Positions 52,365-64,000 of a stretch of DNA of 64,000 nt are shown in pieces. Position 1 is the stretch's first letter, and each line of letters starts with the position of its first letter. The notes beneath the pieces are model-generated. The model was given only the letters and a program-made list of their open reading frames with translations. It was not told where the DNA came from and ran no database searches. The position numbers were made by a program, and so were the translations under genes. Origin of the DNA: Felis catus (lineage: Eukaryota); assembly GCF_018350175.1 (NCBI RefSeq), contig NC_058368.1, forward strand, positions 140,246,001-140,310,000, written 5' to 3'.

Positions 52365-53900
52365 AATTTTTAAAAATCAAAGTAACATTTGTCCATTGTC
52401 CTAAAAAATCAAATGCCACTAAGAGATTATAATTAAGATTAGCAGTTCTGTGTCTTGCCCTTCCCCACCCTCCATTCCTTCCCTTCAGGAAAAATTGCTT
52501 TCAACAATTAGAATTGTTTACTCTGTATTTGCCTCATTTTTTCTACATTATGTAGACACGCTGATTTTCCTTTAATGTGTCTGTTACACATTATCTGTTG
52601 ACTGGCATGGAAATGGAGAATTAATGCTTTTAGCCCTATGCCCAACTTCTTGTTCTTCTATGCTCTCGATACAGTAAACTCTTAATGTTTGCTTAAATCA
52701 GTAATCAGAATTTAGATCATTATGATTTCTGCCCAGCCAAGTAGTAGTCTTTTATGATTTCTTTATTACGTAACTTTTGCTTTTCGTGGAGTTAATAATT
52801 GCAATGTATTTTCATTTGCCTGGCTTTCTTTGTGTTTGATGAAGTCTTTCCACATGTACAGCCTGTCAGTATAGTTTTCAGCATGATGAAACATACTAAA
52901 TGACTTATCATTTCCACTACTTACTACTGAAGGCCTTTCTCCCAAAGTTCTTTGGTCATTTGTTTCTTGCGTTTGCTATGTACTTGGCATCCTGGGACTC
53001 TGCTTCACTGCTCTCCTGGGTTGACTCCCTATTTCTGGGACCCATAGACTTTTTGACTTAAACCCTCTTTTTTTTTTTTTTTTTTGGTCCTTGTACAATA
53101 TACCAAGCTGGATATAGAATTCTAGGTTGAAAATCATTTTACCTCAGGATGTTTGAGGGTACTGCTCCACTATCATCCAGCATCCAGTATGGTTGACAAA
53201 TCTGCCTTTCTGATTCCCTTTGCTCTATGTACAACCTGTATTTTCTCTCTGTAAGTTCTCTCTGTCCATGGTCATGGTCATAAAATGCCTTCATGTGTCT
53301 CTTTTTTCTCTTTTTCTCACTTTCCTGGGACTTACTGAGCCATTTCAACTTGAACACTTATGTCCTTCAGTTTTAACAAATTCCTTCCTAAAAAGTTTGC
53401 CCTCAGTGATTACTTTCCACTACTTTTTCTGTTCTAACATTCTAGAATGTCTGTGTACTGGGTGTTGAACTACCTAGCTTGATTGTCTGATAATTTAATT
53501 TCCTCTTTTGTTAATCTTTTTGTCTTTTTAGTCTACTTTCTAGGCACTTTGTTCATCTCTATCTTCCAACCGTTCTATTGAGTTTTCATGTCTTCTCTTA
53601 CTATTCTTAAAACAACTAAGAGATTTTTGTGTTCTTGGCCTTTTCTATGCAACCTTTTCTTGTTTTATGACTATTTTATGTGGTCTTAAATCTCAGAGGG
53701 TATTGCCAGTGAGATTTGAGAGTTTGGAGTGGGCAGTGGTTTTTCTTTGGACTATGTTTATCTGAGTTTCTTCTGTTTTGGTCTCTTTGATGTTGGACAC
53801 TTTTCTTAGGTATCTGGATATCTTTAGCTATCTTTTCATAGTCAAGAGTGAAGCACCAGAAATCTGACTGAAAAGTTTGTGAGCAAGAGAAGCTTGTTGA
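52365..53900 (-). mobile_element. Highly decayed L1M/HAL1-like fragments
   Basis: T-rich antisense sequence including gctggatatagaattctaggttgaaaatcatttt and atctctatcttccaaccgttctattgagtttt. Confidence 0.5.
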
Positions 53901-54339
53901 CTAGGGGTGATGAGTGGAGGTGGCTTGGAGTAGTATTTCCTGGAGATAAGCAGTATCTTTCATCAAAAGACCCTTTAAATGTTAGAATCCATTTCTTTTT
54001 TCTTAAAGACTATTTTCTGCAGAGATGCTTTGATAGCCCCGCCACAGCATAAAAGTGTGGCATGTGTGGGGAAGAATATACAGTTGTTTCTGAGCCAGCC
54101 AATGTATTCCCTGGTTCTCCACCCCAAATTGAGCAATTAAGCAGAAATTGTGTGATGAATTCTGCCTGAAGTAGATGTATTTTGTTCCCTGGTTCACATT
54201 CCCAGTACCCTGATATTAGTGCAATGTGGACAGTAGTGTATATGTTACCAATATTATGCCTCAAGCACTTGGTATGGGGCTTTTTGGTTTGAGGGCTCAG
54301 GGCTCTTTCCAAAGACTACTAAACCTCACACAGATTCAG

Positions 54340-54622
54340 TGCTAAAATGCAAGAGAGTTTACTCCCAGGGGTCAGCCTTCAACTAGTAGGTAAAAGGAGG
54401 TCATGAATAATAGACTTAGCCTCACCTCCTATGGAGGAACCGTGCTGTGACACATTCTACATGGTGCTTTAAAGATCCCCTGGTGGGACTGAGCTCCTAT
54501 TGCTCCTAGAAGAAACTGCTTCAGTACAGCATCCTTTATACATGTTTTCCCTCCTTCTCTTTCACACTATGCCTGTTCCTTCACACCTGTGTGAAGGCAC
54601 ACACTATGCCTTACCTCCCAAT
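54340..54622 (+). mobile_element. LTR16-like (ERVL) LTR fragment
   Basis: gatcccctggtgggactgagctcctattgctc...catcctttat...ttacctcccaat resembles LTR16. Confidence 0.6.
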
Positions 54623-54830
54623 CCATGACATCATGACCTGACCTAAAGTCAGACGCTTAACCAGCTGAGCCACCCAGGCAACTGTCTCTACTGCTTATCA
54701 AAAATGCAGACTGCCAGACCTGATCTCAGTTGTTGCTTTTAATAAGGATCCCTAGAGATTCTGATATAGGTCTACCCTAGACCATACTTGAAGAAACACT
54801 GCCTTGGGGCTTCAAGTTGGACACACTTTA

Positions 54831-55039
54831 AAAAAAATTTTTTTTAATGTTTATTTTCTGAGAGAGACAGAGCACAAGTAGGGGAGGGGCAGAGTGAGAT
54901 GGAGACACAGAATCCGAAGCAGGTTCCAGCCTCTGAGCTGTCAGCACAAAGCCCAATGCAGGGCGCAAACCCACAAACTGTGAGATCATGACCTGAGCCA
55001 AAGTCAGACACTTAACCAACTGAGCCACCCAGGTGTCCC
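54831..55039 (-). mobile_element. Can-SINE
   Basis: TSD acacttta on both sides. Confidence 0.92.
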
Positions 55040-55089
55040 ACACTTTATTATTTTTTTTATTGATGAAAAAACAAAATACTCTGAGGTCA

Positions 55090-55310
55090 AGCAGATAGTC
55101 AGTGTGGAGCTGGAATTCAAATCCAGGCTTAACTGACTTGAAGCCACTCTCTGCACTGACCATCTGCAATACCTTGAGGATTTTGTTTCAAGAAAATGAA
55201 GGTGGTGGCATCTGCTCATTGGGTAACTAGTAGAATTAAATAAGATGACTCCTATAAAATTCTTAGTACAGAGCAAGGCACCATAGCAAGTGTTCAATAC
55301 ATGGTAGCAA
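55090..55310 (+). mobile_element. MIR
   Basis: ctcattgggtaactagtagaattaaataagatgactcctataaaattcttagtacagagcaaggcac. Confidence 0.6.
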
Positions 55311-56718
55311 TGTGTGTGTGTAGACATATGTTTGCACCACAGAAATGCACTGAACTAGAAAAAACCACACGCTTTCTAAAACCATAATTCATCTCTCCAC
55401 CACCGAAGGATTCTGCAAGTTTTCTCAAGTCACTTGTACAGTCAATAAATACTTACTGAAGGGATCACACTACTCTAGCTGAAAGACTTCCTCTAATGGT
55501 TCCTCAGGTGAGTCTAAGACAAGACTAGGAGCAAAGAGATAGTCCTGCATGAACACACTGTGGACTTGCTGTGACACCGTTAACTGAAGAGTGACTTGTT
55601 AAAAAGATGGTTTTTTAAATGGTGATTGTTTTTAGTGTGTAGTAAGATGCACAGCAGAGTTCCAGATTTAACTTGTCCTCATTTCCTGCTGTGTGTACCC
55701 TGAGATGTTCAATAAACTGCTATTGATCAGTGCCAAAGCCTCCTAACTGGCTCTGATTCCCTTTGTGCTCTCCAGTCTGTTCTCAGTAAGATAACCAGAA
55801 TGAGGCTAAAAATGTACGTCCACCCCGCCATTTCCCATTTTCAGCCTGCAGTATCTTCTCATGCTTGGAAGTCCTTGCTTTGGCCTCCCTGGCCCTACCT
55901 GACTGGGTCCCTGGCTTACCTCATATCCTACTGTTGTCTATCGCTCATCGTGCTCCAGCCATACTGGGCTTGGTCTGGTCTGTACATGCCACACATGTTT
56001 CCTTTTCAGTATGTTTGTATGTGCAGTCCCATCTTCCAGAATGTTCTTCCCTCACACAGGGACTGACTTCTCTCCACACTCATAAGGTTTACAGTTGAGA
56101 AAATAGATCCACACTCAAGTTGTTTGAATCCTACTTAACATACTTGTAATAAGAGTAAAGTGTCAGTTGCTACCTTTACATTTAATAAAATTAAGTAAAA
56201 CTGATTAAGTTCCTCAGGCACAGTAACCACGTCTCAAGGACCCAACAATCCACATGTGGTTCGTGGCAGCCATATTGGCCAGCATAGATCGAGTGGGATA
56301 GGTAGGGCATATAAACACATATCATGAACATACCCATGAAGAGACCCAAGGTCTGAATATTGCGTTTGCACATAAACTTTCCCTGACAAGAATTTGTCAT
56401 CTTCAGGACTTAACGGATAGATCAACTTTTCCAGGAAGCCTTTTCTGATAGCCTCAAAATTGAAATGGGTCCTCTCCTTGTAGGTCCTCCATCTTCAGTG
56501 TGTCATACTTTGTTCCAATTGCTATCCATATATATTTTTTTTTGTATTTCCCTAATTTATAAATTCCACATGGCCAAAAAAAATGGAATTATTGATTCTC
56601 CAGTGCTTGGCCCTCAATACATATTTGTGGAATGAATAAATTATGTGTGAGTTAATTGAATAGCCAGAACCTGGAAGAAAAGGAAGCAGGAATAACCCCA
56701 GTAGAACAGAGATGCCAC

Positions 56719-56950
56719 TGGAGCACCTGGGTGGCTCAGTTGGTTTAGCACCCAACTTTGGCTCAGGTCATGATCTCACAGTTTGTGGGTTCGAGCACCG
56801 CATTGGGCTCTGTGCTAACAACTCAGAGCCTGGAGCCTGCTTCCAATTCTGTGTTTCCCTCTCTCTGTGCCACTTCCCCCACTCACACTTTGTCTCTCTC
56901 AAAAATAAATAAACATTAAAATTTATAAAAAAAAAAAAAAAAAAAAAAAA
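56719..56950 (+). mobile_element. Can-SINE with long A tail
   Basis: Perfect 15-bp TSD agaacagagatgcca (56703-56717 / 56951-56965). Confidence 0.94.
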
Positions 56951-57532
56951 AGAACAGAGATGCCAGGGTGTCAAAGGGGAACCAGGATGGCACGGTCATG
57001 GGGCAAAGACAGAAGCTTAGTTCATGCAGGACACTGAGCCCCTCATGTTAGATGGGTCTGGGGGGTCAAAAAGGATAAGTTAAGAAAAGCAGCCAGATTT
57101 AGTAACCAGGAGACCGTTTTTACGGGAGTCCACAGAAGCTCTTAGACCGACCTAAATATAATACTTTTTTTCATAAGTTCATGAACATCTCTGATTTAAG
57201 AATGGTACATACTTTAAATGTTGTGAGTAGATTGGGTTCTGGGGCCATTGCCCAGGCTTAAATGTTGGGTCAGCTGTGCACCTTCCAGTTACTACAGTCC
57301 CCACTCAGGGCAGCTATTAAATCTGGGTGCTTATTGAAAATGTGAGTGATTCATAGTGGGCTCGGGGCGCTATGTGATTTATGGGCATCTGATTTAAAGA
57401 TACTTAAAGGATGGAATTATTGGATCCAGGAAGAGAGATGTGATTAATCAAAGAAGACAATTTACTAAATGGCCCACTAAAACACTGAAGTGAAAAGAAA
57501 AAAAGGGAACTCTGGTTCCATCCATGAACGAG

Positions 57533-57534
<2 letters not shown>

Positions 57535-57573
<39 letters not shown>

Positions 57574-57754
57574 GAAGTGTACACACAGGATGTTAAAGGA
57601 TGATTTTCTGGCATATAAGAGATTGTGGTTGGGGAATTTTTAAGGACATATATATATCATTGAAGTTTGCTCACGCTTCCACTCCCCATTAGTGGATGTC
57701 AAGCTCCTGACTTCTTGTGTGTATCACAAGAGCTCCTGTGTGTTTGGAGAAGGG

Positions 57755-57798
<44 letters not shown>
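57535..57798. repeat. (GT)19 at 57535-57572 and (AC)21 at 57757-57798
   Basis: Read directly. Confidence 0.95.
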
Positions 57799-57802
<4 letters not shown>

Positions 57803-57981
57803 GTTCCTCTTATTTATATTCTGAAGGCCCCAGTGTGAGTCTACACCTTTCTATTTCCTTGAGGATTCCTTTACTTTGGTTGCACTCTAAGGGCTGCGGT
57901 TCCCTCTGCCAAAATGACCGGCACTAAGACACCAGGATGCAAGGGAAATTTTGCTAGTATTTATCTAAATAAAAAGTGACA

Positions 57982-58196
57982 GGGCTGCCTGGGTGGCTCA
58001 GTTAGTTGATCGTCCAACTTCAGCTCAGATCATGATCTCATGGTCCATGGGTTCGAGCCCCGCATCAGGCTCTGTGCTGACAGCTCACAGCCTGGAGCCT
58101 GCTTGGGATTCTGTGTCTCCCTCTCTCTCTGCCCCTCCCCTGCTCACGCTCTATCTCTGTCTCTTTGAAAAATAAATAAACATTAAATTTTTTTTA
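57982..58196 (+). mobile_element. Can-SINE
   Basis: Head, CT block and tail; degenerate TSD ending aagtgaca. Confidence 0.92.
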
Positions 58197-59327
58197 AATA
58201 GGTAAGTGACAATGACATAAGTAATTGTCTTGAATACTTGTTGGTTTATTAACACCAGAGTTCAGTGAGTCTTGTGTTCGTCCTATCCGGTGGACTGTCT
58301 TATTTATTGTTGAACACTTGAATCTGACAGGCACCTAGATGAATTTTTTCATTTGCTACAGGCGGTCAAAACAGCTAGTCAGGATCAGTCCTCTCAGGAG
58401 AAAAATCTATCCGACTCGTTGTTGAGACTGCATAAATAGACATCTGGGTGCATGCTCCATGAGTCCTAAAGAGTAACCCCCTGTTCACCCCTTTCTTCTG
58501 TACCTTACCTGCAACACTGGGAGAGTGGGAATGCTCCGCTTTCAAAATCAGAGCAGAAGGGGAAGGGAGCAAGGGAGTGCTTTGAAGTACTTTGCAGGAA
58601 GCCCATACACCCCACTGAGCAAGCCTTAGTGGTGCTGCCTCCTCTCACTAAGACTCAGCATCCCTACCGTTGTCTTACTTCCTCACCCCTAGTGTATAAA
58701 CATGTATGAACAAACACTTGTGTTTTCTGCTCTCATGCCACCTGCCTTTGCAAGAAAAGTGGTTTTAAAAATTGGATCCTCAGTTAGTGAAATACTCAAC
58801 AGAATCAGGACCCATGGATGGATGGTAAGGACAGAGGCTACAGGGAGAGCCAAGTAACATCCTTACTTTTCCTTTGAAACTATCCAGCAAGGAAAGGATT
58901 TGAAATGATTTATTTGCTGAGAGGTGTATCAGTGACCTTTTACAGAATGGAAATTGAAGTGCCAGACTTTAAAAACCATAAACTCAGAATCTTTTATGTG
59001 CTACTGTCCCAGTTTCCTCATGGGGAAGACAGGGGCCAAAGATGATGTTACATCCTGAAAAGGGATTCGCTCATTGCTGAGTGACCTAAGAACATGGAAA
59101 TGTGAGAGGAAACAGCCAAGTCAGAACAATGATTGTGTCTTATGACCTGCTGTGTGCAACAGATGTAACCCTGAAATTTTGCAGATAAATATTCTGATGG
59201 AGTCATGTTCCGTGGGCATATGCTGTGATTATCTGTATGCTCCTTTTCCCTCACCATGATCACTCCTTATCAGTCTGTAATTGTCACTCAAAACCAGCTT
59301 CCCTTTTCACATTTAGAAATAGGAGTG

Positions 59328-59680
59328 GAGCCCCACGTTGTTGGGCTCTGTGCTGACAGCACGGAGCCTGCCTGGGATTCTCTCTCTGCCCCTCCTCTGC
59401 TCACTCCCACATGCACTCTCCTTCCCTCTTTCTCTCTCTCTCTCAAAATAAATAAATAAACTTATTTTGAGAGCTGGAGAGAGAGAGAGCACAAGTGGGA
59501 AGTGGCAGAGAGAAAGAGAGACAGAATCCCAAGCAAGCTCTGAGCCATCAGGCACAGCCTGATACGGGGCTCAAACTCACAACTTGAACCATGAGATCAT
59601 GACCTGAGCCGAGATCGAGAATTGATCCTCAACCTACTGTGCCACCAAGGCACCCCAATAAATTTTTAAAAATTTTAAAA
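59328..59680. mobile_element. 5'-truncated sense Can-SINE with an antisense Can-SINE (59461-59656) inserted in its tail
   Basis: Outer TSD agaaataggagtgg / aggaataggggtgg; tail-to-tail arrangement. Confidence 0.88.
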
Positions 59681-60098
59681 AGGAATAGGGGTGGCTGGGT
59701 TACTGCTGGTAATGCCTACTCCTTCTTCCAATTGCTGTGCACTGGCAGACAGAAGTGGATTTTTTAAATTGCTGAATACCAAGAGGGGGATAGGAACAGC
59801 ATCTGAGAACTATTTCTAGTCTAACAATGTGTGGAGAATAAAAAGTACGTTTGAATTTTAAATGTAAGTTTGAGTTTTATGAAATCTAAAGTGTTTTTTT
59901 ATATTAAAACTGAAAACTGTTAAACTACCTCAAGTTCCAACAATATCATTATCATTAGCCGTTAAGATTAAACTTGAAAATAGAAGACTACATGTATATT
60001 GGTACTTTATAAATAAGTAGACAGTAAAGCAATAAATTCAAGGCAGGTTTCAACCAGTCCCTCCCCACCTGCAGAGGCTTTTGATGACAGTGATTATT

Positions 60099-60309
60099 TG
60101 ATTTATCTTTTTAACATTTATTTATTATTGAGAGACAGAGACAGACCGTTAGCAGGGGAGGGGCCAAGAGAGAGGGAGACACAGAATCGGAAGCAGGCTC
60201 CAGGCTCTGAGCTGTCAGCACAGTGCCCGATGCGGGGCTCAAACTCACTGAGAAATCAAGACCTGAGCCGAAGTCAAACGCTTAACTGACTGAGCCACCC
60301 AGGCACCCC
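60099..60309 (-). mobile_element. Can-SINE
   Basis: TSD ttgatgacagtgattatt / ttgatgacagtgactatt. Confidence 0.93.
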
Positions 60310-60473
60310 TTGATGACAGTGACTATTAAGCACCTGGAAGAAGAGAAGCAAGGCCACATTGAAGAGAGAAAATTGCCCAAAGCCTGGAAAGTTCTGGGTT
60401 CAGGACTTCTGATGACCAAGTTACACACATGTTGTATTGGCTGTAAAAGTGCTGCAGAGCTAGTAATATTCTT

Positions 60474-60687
60474 TTTTTTTTTAAGTTTATTTATATATTT
60501 TTTGGGAGAGAGAGACACAGCGAGTAGGAGAGGGCCAGAGAGAGAGAGAGAAGGAGAGAGAATCCCATGCAGGCTCCATGCTGCCAGTGCAGAGCCCGAC
60601 ACAGGGCTTGAACCCACAAAACCTGATCATGACCTGAGCTGAAACCAGGAGTTGGATGCTTAACAGACTAAGCCACTCAGGCGCCCC
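60474..60687 (-). mobile_element. Can-SINE
   Basis: TSD agagctagtaatattctt / agaattagtaatattctt. Confidence 0.92.
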
Positions 60688-60808
60688 AGAATTAGTAATA
60701 TTCTTAAGGGAAGAACACATCATTGTGTACTTTGGTCTTCCACATTCATATTTTACCAAATGATCATCTGCAACCATTCAGGTCCATAGCACATGGGCAT
60801 AAAGCAGC

Positions 60809-61190
60809 TCTATTAGTTTGCTGGGGCTGCTGAAACAAAATGCCACAGCCTGGGTGGCCTAAAAAACGGAAAGTTAACTTTCTGACAATTCTGGAAGCTA
60901 AAAGTCTGAGGTCGAGGTCTCAGGCAGTTTGGTTTCTTCTGAGGCCTCCTTCCTTGGCTTCTAGATGGCCATCTTCTGTCTGTGTCCTCACATGATCATC
61001 ACTCTGTGTTGTCCATCCCAATCTCCTTTTCTTCTAAGGTCATCAGTCCTATTGGATTAGGGCCCAGCTCACTGACCCCTTTTTAACTCAGTTACCTCTT
61101 TAAAGGTTCTGTGTCCAAATACAGTCATATTCTAGGGCTTCAACATTGGAATGGGGGGCGGGGGGAGCTGACACACTTTGGCCCATAACA
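60809..61190 (-). mobile_element. MLT1B-like solo LTR
   Basis: tctattagtttgctggggctgc...ggcccataaca; perfect 5-bp TSD gcagc (60804-60808 / 61191-61195). Confidence 0.88.
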
Positions 61191-61325
61191 GCAGCCATCT
61201 TTCCAGCCCTGGACCCTGTGCATGGCAGGTGTTCAGTCAATAATTGTTGAATGACTGAAATAAAGAAGTATTAGCCACAAGCCCCTGTGCTGAGAGGAAG
61301 GAACAGGTATTAGGAGAAAAAGTGA

Positions 61326-61889
61326 AACTAGGTATTTATCCAAGGGATACAAGAGTGCTGATTCAAAGGGGCACATGCACCCCAATGTTTACAGCATCAC
61401 TTTCAACAACAGCCAAAGTATGGAAAGAGCCCAAATGTCCATCATTGGATGAATGGATAAAGAAGATGTGGTATATATATATATACAATGGAGCATTACT
61501 CGGCAATCAAAAAGAATGAAATCATGCCATTTGCAACTACGTGGATGGAACTGGAGGGTATTATGCTAAGCGAAATCAGTCAGTCAGAGAAAGACAAATA
61601 CATGAATTCACTCATATAAGGAATTTAAGACGTAGAACAGATAAACACAAGGGAAGGGAAGCAAAAATAATACAAAAACAGGGAGGGTGACAAAACAGAA
61701 GAGACTCTTAAATATGGAGAACAAACAAAGCGTTACTGGAGGGGTTGTGGGGGAGGATGGGCTAAAAAGAATCTACTACTGAAATCATTGTTGCACCATA
61801 TGCTAAGTTGGATGTAAATTAAACAATAGATAAATTTTAAAAAGACAAAAAGAGTTTCCTTAAACAGAAAAAAGAAAAACAAAAACAAA
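61326..61889 (+). mobile_element. 5'-truncated felid L1 (ORF2 C-terminus and 3' UTR)
   Basis: LGIYPRDTRVLIQRGTCTPMF...KEPKCPSLDEWIKKMW; perfect 14-bp TSD aggagaaaaagtga (61312-61325 / 61890-61903). Confidence 0.93.
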
Positions 61890-64000
61890 AGGAGAAAAAG
61901 TGAGGTGGCATTGTGGCTGCAATTGGGCCACTCAGTCAATAGCAATCAGTTTTTTAAAATAGTTACATCATTATTAAACCTGAAAAAAAATAAAATTCTG
62001 AATCAGCTACGAGGAGACAAGGAGAAGGGACCTCGAAAGCCTCTCATTAAGGGACGCAGGAAATCTTCAAGATGACTTCCATCATGCATTATGATTCCAC
62101 GCTGCTGCAAGCAATTAACAGCTGTTCTGAGTTTATGAAACATTAGGTTGGAAGCCCCTGTAGTGGATTTTGTCTACTCTAGAGTCCTTTGTTATTTTTA
62201 ATGCACTCACACAAACAGGAAATGTCTTATGTCAGACGCAAAACATTTATCAATTTTACGTTCCCCTCATAGTCATCAAGTTAAAAAAAAAGGCATGGAA
62301 ATAAATTGAAAAGATGCATGAGGCAGTCCTGTTAGCCATTCAATATTCAATGTTGGCTTTGAAAAATACTGCAACATTATACCGTAAGGCTGATTTGGGT
62401 AGCATTTTAATAGGATCTGAGGCTTTTAAATAATTGTGTTAATACCACCGGCTGCTTTTATTTGGCTGGTTGGAAACATGACTCATTTTATAAATAATAT
62501 CTTTAATGAAAATACCCTAAAAATATATGCATCTGGTTATTAAGATGTCCGTTGGTACAGATTTCTCTTTGATGTGATGAGACTGTGCCAGGATGTTACT
62601 GTTTCCCTCTGCTGTCATGAAAATGATGACAGGTGTGTCGCCGATGTGCACGGCTGTGTTTTTTTGTGGTGGTAGTGGTCGCATTGTGCGAGACCCGATC
62701 GAACACACTGCAGAACAGCGGGATATATAAATCTCTGCAGTCTCCACTCAGCCATACAGCAGCTCAATTTTTTGCCACAGTACTCATAGTGAGATTTTTT
62801 TTTTCCCGATAGTATCGACTTCATGTTAACCCTCAGTGGGTTACTGTGGCATTTGCTACACGACTGGAATCTTTTATTCTGAATACTTGGTTTGTGGTGT
62901 GGTCTCTCCATTTTCCTTTAAAGTCACTTTGTCTGAAAGGCAGAAATCAGGTGTGAAAACCAAATGGTTGAGGACTTTACTCCTGCTTGCGTACCCATGT
63001 CTTAGAGGTTCCCTCGATTGGTGAAGAAAAATCAACAGACGCCCTTCTCACTGTCCACTCCATGTTATTGGGGCTGTGCTGTTGTTTCAGATCCTGCTTT
63101 TCTTCAAACATCATTAGGGCAAATCCAAACCTAACTGGTATTAAAAATAAATGCCTAACACGCTGCTTAACTTGATTTCTGTTTTTTTACATATGCTGTC
63201 AACAAAAACACTCTTTGTATTTTAAAAACCCTACGTTAAAGTCAGCCCATCAGAGATGCTGTAACTGAAAGCTTGAGAACTTCTCGAGTACCCTGTGTTG
63301 TAGAGTTGTTGCTATTTTGCTTGATTTCATTTGTGCTAAATAAGCGTCCTGTGGGAGCAGCATCCAAACCCCATTAGCATCAGTATTTCTGAACCACCCC
63401 TTTCCATCCCTTTCTAGATGCCTTAAATACACTGTATTGGACAAAGGGGGTTATATACCCACTTGTCCAGCTGCATTTTTCTTACATGAGCTCTCTTGGA
63501 TTGGGTTCCACGCCTGCCCCCACTGAAGGCCACCTGTTCTGCATGTGATTGAGGGTGTCTGGTGGCAGATTTCCTGGGTCAGTGTTAGAAGCCTCAGACT
63601 GATGGAGGAGGGCCCCGCTGTCCTGGCACAGTCCTGAAATGGAAAACAGTATTGTTGAGAGCAAGACCCAGTTCTTTGTGGCCAGGTGGGCACAGCTACA
63701 TCTCCCTTGAAATCTCCGTGTTTCTGTTTCGGGAAGACCGAAAGGACTTCTTGTCCTTGCCCACAAGAGGAGCATCCATTAGCTTATGTAGTTTGAAGAG
63801 TCTTAAGTTATACTCTGAAAACCGTGTAGACATCAAGTCCCCTTTCCTGAGGGTCCTTTTGTTTACCTTGACCAATTAGAGCATATGCATCACCTGGAAA
63901 ATGAAAGAAAGAGCACCTCCTACCCCTGCGAAATTTGGTGGTATGTTGATACAGAGCTAATTCACTCTCAATGTTTCTTCCTGTCTTCTTATTTTGCCAC

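Larger units (their letters stand above)
29746..64000 (+). other. SV2C: SV2C intron (5' part, more than 34 kb); next exon not in window
   Basis: Starts at the GT donor. I did not find the expected next SV2C peptide (WSFSMGSAYQFHSW...) in the remainder. Confidence 0.75.

Noticed and set aside
6324..60687. tRNA genes
   Set aside because: A/B-box-like sequences all belong to tRNA-derived Can-SINE heads.
62574..62882. Box C/D snoRNA
   Set aside because: C-box-like words are present, but the next CTGA after the 62623 motif is about 250 nt away and there is no terminal stem or evident guide; kept only as a generic structured-element lead.
1..64000. CRISPR arrays, operons, processed pseudogenes, NUMTs or non-retroviral viral inserts
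   Set aside because: This is eukaryotic intronic DNA. I saw no regularly spaced repeat-spacer array and no recognisable retrocopy or foreign coding sequence, though a highly decayed one could be missed without a search.

Overview
Mammalian genomic DNA, almost certainly from a cat (felid), based on abundant tRNA-derived Can-SINEs of the SINEC_Fc type and carnivore L1 3' ends. The window lies inside the SV2C gene (synaptic vesicle glycoprotein 2C, MFS fold) on the + strand. It contains two coding exons, 13869-14049 (181 nt) and 29594-29745 (152 nt), both with canonical AG/GT sites, which splice in frame. The rest is intron: about 25 Can-SINEs, L1 fragments, MaLR/ERVL LTRs, an ERV-L gag-pro remnant, MER DNA transposons, MIR/L2 relics and microsatellites. 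Other ORF-track entries look spurious. I see no evidence of a genuinely new gene system. The most interesting leads are (i) the two exons form a phase-symmetric 333-nt block that would give a stop-free circular ORF if back-spliced, and are flanked by inverted SINEs; (ii) a CpG-rich non-repeat segment near 62.6-62.9 kb with several hairpins; (iii) closely spaced inverted SINE pairs; (iv) an intronic (GAA)19 tract; and (v) several retrotransposition and DNA-repair scars. Repeat family names come from recalled consensus sequences, not from a search.
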